Notes under the pieces: generated by a model
Told to the model about the DNA's origin: nothing
The model's database searches: none
Seen by the model: only the letters and a program-made list of their open reading frames with translations
Shown: positions 55,940 through 64,000 of the stretch, piece after piece
How the letters are laid out: each line of letters starts with the position of its first letter
Position numbering within the stretch: position 1 is the first letter of the stretch
Assembly (NCBI RefSeq): GCF_009914755.1
Contig: NC_060937.1
Length of the DNA stretch: 64,000 nucleotides
From: the human T2T-CHM13v2.0 reference genome, Homo sapiens
Reading direction: 5' to 3' (one strand)
Position numbers and translations under genes: made by a program

Positions 55940-57958
55940 TTAGGGCTTCCTATTGATATGCTTACAGGTTGACGGGAAAGATGCAGTACGGAGAGTGAGG
56001 TTCAACTTACAAGAAAGTCAAAAATACACAGAGCAAGACAGGGCACACAGGGAAGCATAGGACCGAAAGCACAAATGGATGGGAGGAGCCTTAAACAGAA
56101 AGATGCAGAGCATCTCAGAGACGAAAGGAAGTAAGTGAACATGGGCAGAGACATGTCAAGTTTCAGGAATATAATGCTAGCCTTTGTGTTCTCAGCAAAG
56201 CTGATGGAGCTGTCTGCTGAAATGGAAAAGGTGGCAGCTGGTCCATGCACTGGAATGGTTGCTGGGAATGGGAGGGAAAGAGAGCTACTTTAGCAAAAAG
56301 TAATAATAATAATAGCACATTTTTAAAAGTCAAGAGGAATTCATTGTCCAGCTATGATAAAAGGGACAGAGAGGGGATAATGAAGAAACCTCTCTGATTT
56401 TCTGCATACTCACAATGCATGCATTTGCCAAGTGGGGATGGGGAGGCAGGGAGCATTTAAGAGAGGTTAGATCAGCCTATAGAATGGCAGTCCTTAGGTC
56501 AAAGTCCCATTCGTGGTGCATTAACAGGGAGCAGGGTTAAGTGGGGATGGGACCATTCCATGGCCATGGCCTCATCCTTCATCAAGGAATGTGAGCAAAG
56601 CGAGTCCCTCCACGGAGGGAAGTGCATATGGTGGACATTGTGAGACTTGCCTATCTGATACTCCTCCTTTTATGGATTTACAGAGTAGTACTCGCATTAC
56701 ATATAAAATAAAAGGTTGAATCTGGAAATTAACAGACATGATCCAGAGTTCATGGTGACATCCATCAAATTACAAAAGTTATAAGGCTCCGGGCAAAACA
56801 CCACCTAACTTTTCTAGACTAACTAGTTTTAAAAATAAAATAAAATAAAATGTAACTACCAAAAAGGGGAACATATGTAATCTACTCACTCCAACCATCT
56901 TTCGAGTACATGCTCAAAAGCACTGAGCTGAGTACCTCTCCAAATGGGAAGATGAAAATTATCCAGGCTCTGCCCTCAAAAATGCATACTCCTAATGATG
57001 GAGACTGGTTGATGCCGCCTCTGGTTCTGTATTCTACCATTTATTCTCCCTTCCTGTGTATATTATAGGCAAATAAGCTAACCAGAACTGAACCCAGCAT
57101 GCTCAAAAACTGTGCTATGTTTTCTAAAAAGTTCATGGAAATAGACCTTACCTAGGGAGCTTCTGGCATGCCTCACTCTGACCCCATATCAATGAATTCT
57201 GTTCCAGACGTCACACTGTGAGACAGATGTATGCATAATACAGCTCATGCATGAGGGACAAGGGACTATTACAAGTGAAATGTTTTAACAAGTTTTACAA
57301 AGACGAGAAAATCTTAGAAATCTCCAGTGCAAACTTTTCGTCTTAGAAATGTCAAACCTGTGCTTTGAGAAAGTGAACAGTTTTGACCAAAGCCACACAA
57401 TCAATAAATAGCAGAGTTAGGGCTCAGGTCTTCTCCATGTGCCATTAGTATTAACAATAGTTGGGATATTTCACTTGGAGAAGAGGAGACGGAGAGACAG
57501 ACAGATCTTCCATGAGTTGAAAGGTAGTCAAGAGTAAGAAAATTTTTTCCCAGTAGCTTCAGAACATAGGAGCCAGTATTTCAGTTTCTTTCTTCTTCAG
57601 TCACCTATTAAATCAACTCACATTTGAGTTGATTGTCCAAGGCCACAAACAGCATAAGTTACACAGAAAATAATCAAAGATGTTTTATACAGAGAGCTGT
57701 TTCCAACTTTCCCAATGACTCCCAACGTGCTTTGCTTCCAGTCATCTTATCTTCTTCAGGTTCCAATTCTCCCTTCGTAAAGTTAGCATGCTTTTATTTT
57801 CTACTTGTTGTCCCCAGAGGTATGTTAAATTAAGGATTTTGTCTTGGTGCAATACTGTCACCTCTTTTCAGCAAAAGGAAGGGCACATGAGCAATGAAAT
57901 ATTGCCCGGGAGCTCAACTGGCTACTCTTCTCCCAGCAAGATTCTGTATACTGGAGGT

Positions 57959-58646
57959 TGTGCCAGTTGTTAAGTTATTGCTCCTTGGCTCCAAATCCAC
58001 TGTTCTCTGCCCAGCTTTGCCATACTGGAACTGGACCCTGTAGACATTTCTCCTTTGCCAGATAGCTTGATGTTTTTGTCAATGGGGGTGCTGGAGGGAC
58101 CCTGCAAGGCCAAAGCTGGAGGAAAGGACTCTCCTTTCTTCCTGTATAGTGTTATTTTCTGTGCATCCTGCTCAGGGCCCTGCAGCACTTGCCACAGGGC
58201 AGGGGTCCTCACAGACCGGCTGCAGCCCAGGCCCTCCAGTAAGATTACCTGCCAGGAGTAAGGCTGCTGGTTCCAGCTGGTTTCTCAGACAGACAGAAAT
58301 GGGCCATTCCCAGGTACCAGCTTCAGCCTGTGCCCTGCAGCACGTGTCTCTGCCACCAGCAGGATGCACGTTCTGTAGCTTTCATGTCCTCTCCACAAAG
58401 GACTGAATCTACACTTTGTGGAGAACAGGGATCTCTTCTAACTTTCTGAAGTTATTTTCTTGTTCACATTCCCTTTGTTATCAACATCGTAGCTGCTTTC
58501 CACAGTTGCTATTCGTGTACTCTCTAGAGTCCCATTCTATCCCTACGTATGGTTAACTGCTCTTTTACTAGGAAACAATTCTTTACATAAATTTTACCTA
58601 TTTAAGTTACTGGCATGGTTGGTGTCTCCTGAACCTTAGCTGAATA
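57959..58646 (+). mobile_element. Solo ERVL LTR (LTR41/LTR33-like)
   Basis: Start 'tgtgccagttgttaagttattgctccttggctccaaatccac...catttctcctttgccag' resembles LTR33/LTR41. Confidence 0.65.
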
Positions 58647-58756
58647 TTTTTCAAAGTTGCTCAGGCTCTAAATCCTCTTTCTGTTCTACCCTCTATTTCC
58701 ATATAAATTAATTACAAATTCTATTCATTCTTATTTCCAAAGTCTTTGAAAAATTA

Positions 58757-59068
<312 letters not shown>

Positions 59069-59692
59069 TTAAATCTCCTTTCATGTCCAAGGCCACCCAC
59101 TCTCACTCCTAACCTCCTATCTAGTTGTGTTCCCACATTTTTATGGTCTGTGTCCCTTTCAGTACAACCGTAAAAGTCAGCTTTCACCATATCTGTTGAA
59201 CAAGTTACCTTGCTCACCTGGAGCAGAAGTCCTGTTCTGTTGCCTGTCACCAGGAGCAGAAGTCCAAGCACTCCGCCCACTGCCTCTTCACATCAGAGTC
59301 ACCAAGGAGAACAAAATGCCGCCTGGCACTAACTAGATGGAAGAAGGCGTTCCCCACGTAGGAAGGAGACGGAGCAAGATCAGCTTCAGTAGAGGGTGTT
59401 GGTGCCCCAAAACCAGCAAGTTCCTCCCAGCAGCTGGCACAGGGCCCGTGGCCTGCACATACCCATCTTGTGCTTTAGCAGGACCCCAACCCCTCCCCAT
59501 GAGGCACAGGTATAACAGTGGGGTTATCCACATGATGTACACACCAGCAGAACAAAGGGGTACATGCTGAGTCTGAAACAGGGAAAGATATTCCCACACA
59601 AGGTAACAGCCCAGCACAGGCTGTGAAAACTCTTCGTATCTTAAGAAGGAAGCGTTCCAGGCACAAGACCCATTCTTATGTGGCTGAGTGGA

Positions 59693-59912
59693 TGATATGG
59701 TTTGGTTCTGTGTCCCCACCCAAATCTCACCTTGAATTGTAATAATCCCCACCTGTCAAGGGAGGGACCTGGTGGGAGGTAGCTGAATCATAGGGGTGGG
59801 TTTTTGCCATGCTGTTCTCATGGTGGTGAATAAGTCTCATGAGATCTGATGGTTTTATAAAGGGGAGTTCCTCTGCACACGCTCTCTCTTGCCTGCCACC
59901 ATGTAAGAGGTG
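59693..59912 (+). mobile_element. THE1 LTR, 3'-truncated
   Basis: tgatatggtttgg...ctgccaccatgtaaga, then the similarity ends abruptly. Confidence 0.85.
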
Positions 59913-60289
59913 TTTTCAACTTGCAGCACTTATTAGTGCTTTGAAAAGCAATCATTGACTCATGCCACATCTTTTCTTTTATTATTCTGCTTTGTCATTT
60001 AACTCACATAGTTCTTTATTTCTCCTGACAATATGTCTTTTCTACTTAGAAGTCAAAGTCCACCCAAGGTGGTATTTTGTGTCAAACTTCTTCATATCCT
60101 CAGAATCTAGCAAAATAAGTCATGCATCTTACATACATACATGAGTAGAATGAATATCAATGAGTAAAATGTACTAAGATAGAACTATAGGTCCCCATAA
60201 AGAAGAATAATGAGAGTAAATTTGCCCTAGGAGATATGTAAATATAGTATGAAACTATAGCAATTAAAGAAGGATGTTACTGGCTTAAT

Positions 60290-61030
60290 TAAATCAATCA
60301 AACAGATTTAACACATCAGAAACTTCCAAATAATTGGGATTTTGTTATATTAAAAAGGTGGCATGTAGCTACCTTACTGAATAGATGGGGAAATTATGTA
60401 CTCTTCAAAATATAATGAGAAAATTGACCAAACATTTGGGGAAAAGTTAGATTCCTACCTCTTCACTCTACCCCAAAATTAAGTCCAGATGGAGTAAGAT
60501 TTCAATGTTTTTGAATTTTTATTTTCTGATAATGATGAGTTCGTTTATTCAAATTTTCCCCATAGAAAATGACTAAAAATGGTAGGTAAAATATTTTAAA
60601 ATATCTTAACTGCAACCAAGAGAAGCAGATAAATTACTGAGCTAAAGGCAAATGAAAGTTACAAACCCAGAGAGCTATACTAATATGAAAGCCACTTTTG
60701 CTCTAAAAAGTGTTTGCCAACACAGGCAAACATGATTGTTTGCTTGAGTGGCTTTGGGGGAGAGTGGAATAGAGGAAACATTCAAAGAGATAAAGGCTGA
60801 TGAATTTTCAGAACTGACTTAAGACACCAAACCACAGATTTCAGAAGTTTAAGGAATCTCAAGTTAAACAAATAAAAAGAAAACCAAACCCAGGTATGTC
60901 ATTATGAAACTGCAGAAAACCAAGCAAATAGAAAAATATTTAAAACAGCGGGAGAAAAAACAAAGGCAGACTCTCTGTAAAGAAAGCATCATGAGACTGA
61001 CAGCTGACTTCTCTCTAGCAGCAATGAAAG
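60290..61030 (+). mobile_element. Old L1M fragments (ORF2 piece, then ORF1 piece)
   Basis: 'ggcatgtagctaccttactgaatagatgg', 'tgaattttcagaactga...gaaactgcagaaaacc...gactgacagctgacttctc'. Confidence 0.6.
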
Positions 61031-61324
61031 TAAAAATCATGGCTTTGTCTCAATTCACTTAATAGATTGCTGCCTCCAGCCTGTATTTTCCATTCTAGCC
61101 TTTATCTATCTCCCTTAGAAGGTGAAAGATGCAGTTCTTCTGTGTTTTCCATACACCTTGCCATAAAGCTACCTTCACATACCTTTTCATTAGAGTTTAA
61201 AATACTTTAGAACACAACCCTTTGGGCAACTGCTGCATTGCAAACACATTGCCCTGATTTAAAGCAAATCTACTCTGTAGTAAAGTGCATTTACCATTTT
61301 CCCTCAGGAATGTGAATCTCATTT

Positions 61325-61570
61325 CTGAGAATGGTAACTTGCATTATGGTACTATGTGCCAGGAATTGTATTAGGCTGTTGATGTTCAGTATTTAATTCA
61401 GTGTTCATAAGAACTCTATGAAGAAAATGTTTTTACCTCCATTTGACAGACCAAAAAAAAACTGAGGTTAAGAGATTTAACACATTTTACATGATTTTGC
61501 AGCTAATGATGGCAGAGCCAAAATCTAACTAGTCTCTGACCTCGAATCCTATGCATTTTCCACTTCTCAT
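61325..61570 (-). mobile_element. MIR
   Basis: 'tactatgtgccagg...ctccatttgacaga...aaactgaggttaagaga'. Confidence 0.75.
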
Positions 61571-62244
61571 GCTGTCTCCAAGAAGTCCACAATCTGAAGG
61601 CATAATAACACAGATTACATGTGACTACCAAATGTTAGTCTACTTCCTTTTAAATTCTAACTCTTCTGCATACTACCTGAAACATACACATACAAGCATC
61701 AGTACATACTTTTCCTTAATTAGAAAAAAAAGTATTATTGGATTGCAAATGTTTGTACCTAGAGATAATAAATGTTCCCCTGTTCAAATGTCAAATTTTA
61801 CAAGGATAGGACATTTAGTCATTGCACGTTTGCAACAGTCAGCCACCTGCTGAGGATTATGTCTAGATGTAGATTTCCAGGATGTAGATTTCCTGATAAA
61901 AGGATGTATCTGTCTAATTGCTGCAGGATAAAAATTTTTTACAAACAAGCATGTTTCTTTCAGTAGAAAATAATCCTCATAGGTACACACTCAAGACTGC
62001 CATTTTTTGATGTAAGAAAAGGTGTTCATAGTATTTTACTGTCAAAGGGAGAACTTTTTAATAATACACTGGATTTCTGAATTTTTAAAACCCAGTTTCA
62101 AATCCTTTCTTTATGCCTATAGGGAGTTTAGACTTTACTCTTTCCAGCTGTCTCATAATCCACTGGTATTTAGCAAAACATTTGGAAGTAGGTGAAAAGA
62201 AGGCTAGACTCAATGATTTCAAAATGAGTGATGACTTCTTTACT

Positions 62245-62572
62245 TCTGCATTCTCTAATACAGTAGCCACTAGCCACATGTGGCTACTGAGCACTTGAAA
62301 TATTATTGGTGCGAACTGGGATGCCAAGTATAAAATACACACTGAATTTCCAACATTTAGTATAAAAAAACTAAACTATCTCAATAATAATTGTTTTATA
62401 GTGATTATATGTAGAAATAAGTTGCGGATATACTGAATCAACCAAAATATATTATTATAATTAATTTCACCTGTTTCTTTTTACTTTTCCTAATACATGG
62501 CTACTGAAAAATTTAAACTTATCTGTGCAGATCCATTTTGTGGCTCATACCATATTCCTGCTAAACTGTGCC
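62245..62572. mobile_element. MER33/MER3-type hAT-Charlie element
   Basis: 'tacagtagccactagccacatgtggctactgagcacttgaaat...ggctactgaaaaatttaaa'. Confidence 0.8.
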
Positions 62573-62584
62573 ATCTTACTGAAA

Positions 62585-63285
62585 GGCATTATCCTCCTAA
62601 CTGGCGTGCCTGCCTCCATCTATGGCATCCCTATAGTCTATTCACAACAGAGCAGCTAGAGTAAACCTTACAAAAGCGTAGGTCAGATCACATCACTCCT
62701 CCCTCAAAGACCTCCAATGGCTCCCATGTGAGTCAGAATAAGAGCCAAAGTCCTCACAATGGCCCTCCAGGCCTTATACAGCTTGACATCAACATCTCTG
62801 CCTTCATTTTCCCCACTTCTGCTCACTCAGGTGACCCTAACTACATAGGCTCCCTCACTGTTCTTTAAACACCCCTTGGTGCTCTCACCCCAGGGCCTTT
62901 GCACTAGCTATTCTCTCAGTCTGAAGCATGCTTGCCCCTGTTATCCTCATGGCTGAACCCTTCGACTGCCTTAAGGCTGCTCAAAACCCACATTCCCGAT
63001 GAGGTTTAACTATCCCCTCGCTGCAAGTGGCAACCTGTGAAAATCTGCACAACCCTTACTCTGTGTTGCCTTATCTTTTTCCCTTTTTGATAGCTTTTAT
63101 CATCTTTAAAATCTACCATATAATTTACTTATTAAATTGGTGTCTGCTTTTTATTGTCTGTCTTTCCCCACTAGAATGAAAGCCACAAGAATAGGAATAT
63201 TTGCTGTTTGATTTACTGCTGTAATCCAAGCACCAAGACCACGACCAACACATAGTAAGCACTTGATTAATAACTGTTGAATGGA
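62585..63285 (+). mobile_element. L2a 3' portion
   Basis: 'gtcagatcacatcactcct...ccagggcctttgcactagct...ccactagaatgaaagc...gtaagcacttgattaataactgttgaatg'. Confidence 0.85.
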
Positions 63286-63559
63286 CCAGGCTGGCGGGGA
63301 GGGGGTGACATTATTGCATAGTACAAATTCTTAGCACTTCCAAAGGATCCTTGGCAGTAGAGGCAGGAGAATTGTTACACATAGGAGGGAAAAAATAGAA
63401 AAGAGTGGGAAACCAATCAATGGGCAAAACTAAATGATCATTTGTTTCCAATAACATTTTTACCATCACTACAGACAATGACCGTCTTATAGACAAGAAG
63501 TATATCTTTTTCATATACATTTCTCTTGCAGCTTTACCTATGGTAAATTGAACTATTGG

Positions 63560-63727
63560 CCCCAATTAGTCTGCTTTAGTAAGATTATACATCCACTCTC
63601 CTGTCATGATGGTGCGGGGGAATATACCTCCACATCCACTGACTCTGGTCATGGCCATGTGACTTGCTTTGGCTAATGGGAGGTTAACAGACATGACACA
63701 AGCAGAAGCTTAAAATGTGCTTGCACA
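63560..63727 (+). mobile_element. MLT1 LTR fragment
   Basis: 'tggccatgtgacttgctttggctaatggga...cagacatgacacaagcagaagctt'. Confidence 0.65.

Positions 63728-64000
<273 letters not shown>

Noticed and set aside
59213-59265. 19-bp direct repeat tcacc(t/a)ggagcagaagtcc with a short spacer
   Set aside because: Only two copies in a eukaryotic context; an ordinary microduplication, not a CRISPR-like array.

Overview
This is primate nuclear DNA, specifically hominoid and most likely human, because it carries a full-length SVA plus Alus, L1PA and MER11. The window is a repeat-dense intergenic or deep-intronic region. I find no credible host protein-coding exon, RNA gene, CRISPR array or prokaryotic system. 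Every recognisable long ORF comes from a retroelement: L1 ORF2 fragments and a broken HERV-L gag-pro-pol-dUTPase. The main structures are: a complete two-LTR HERV-L/MLT2A1 provirus (5991-12383, minus strand); a full-length SVA_A with an unusually short VNTR, head-to-head with that provirus (12874-13954); two complete MaLR proviruses (MLT1A-type 20724-23095, MSTA-type 30172-33679); a four-layer nested stack (L1M > MER47A > MSTA > MER11); several 5'-truncated L1s with readable target-site duplications (TSDs), one with a candidate 3' transduction; about 10 Alus; and two mostly repeat-free islands (about 18.0-20.5 kb and 35.8-38.6 kb) with enhancer-like motif clusters. I could not support a previously undescribed biological system. 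The findings are structural oddities and regulatory hypotheses. Repeat subfamily names come from my recollection of consensus sequences, not from a database search.
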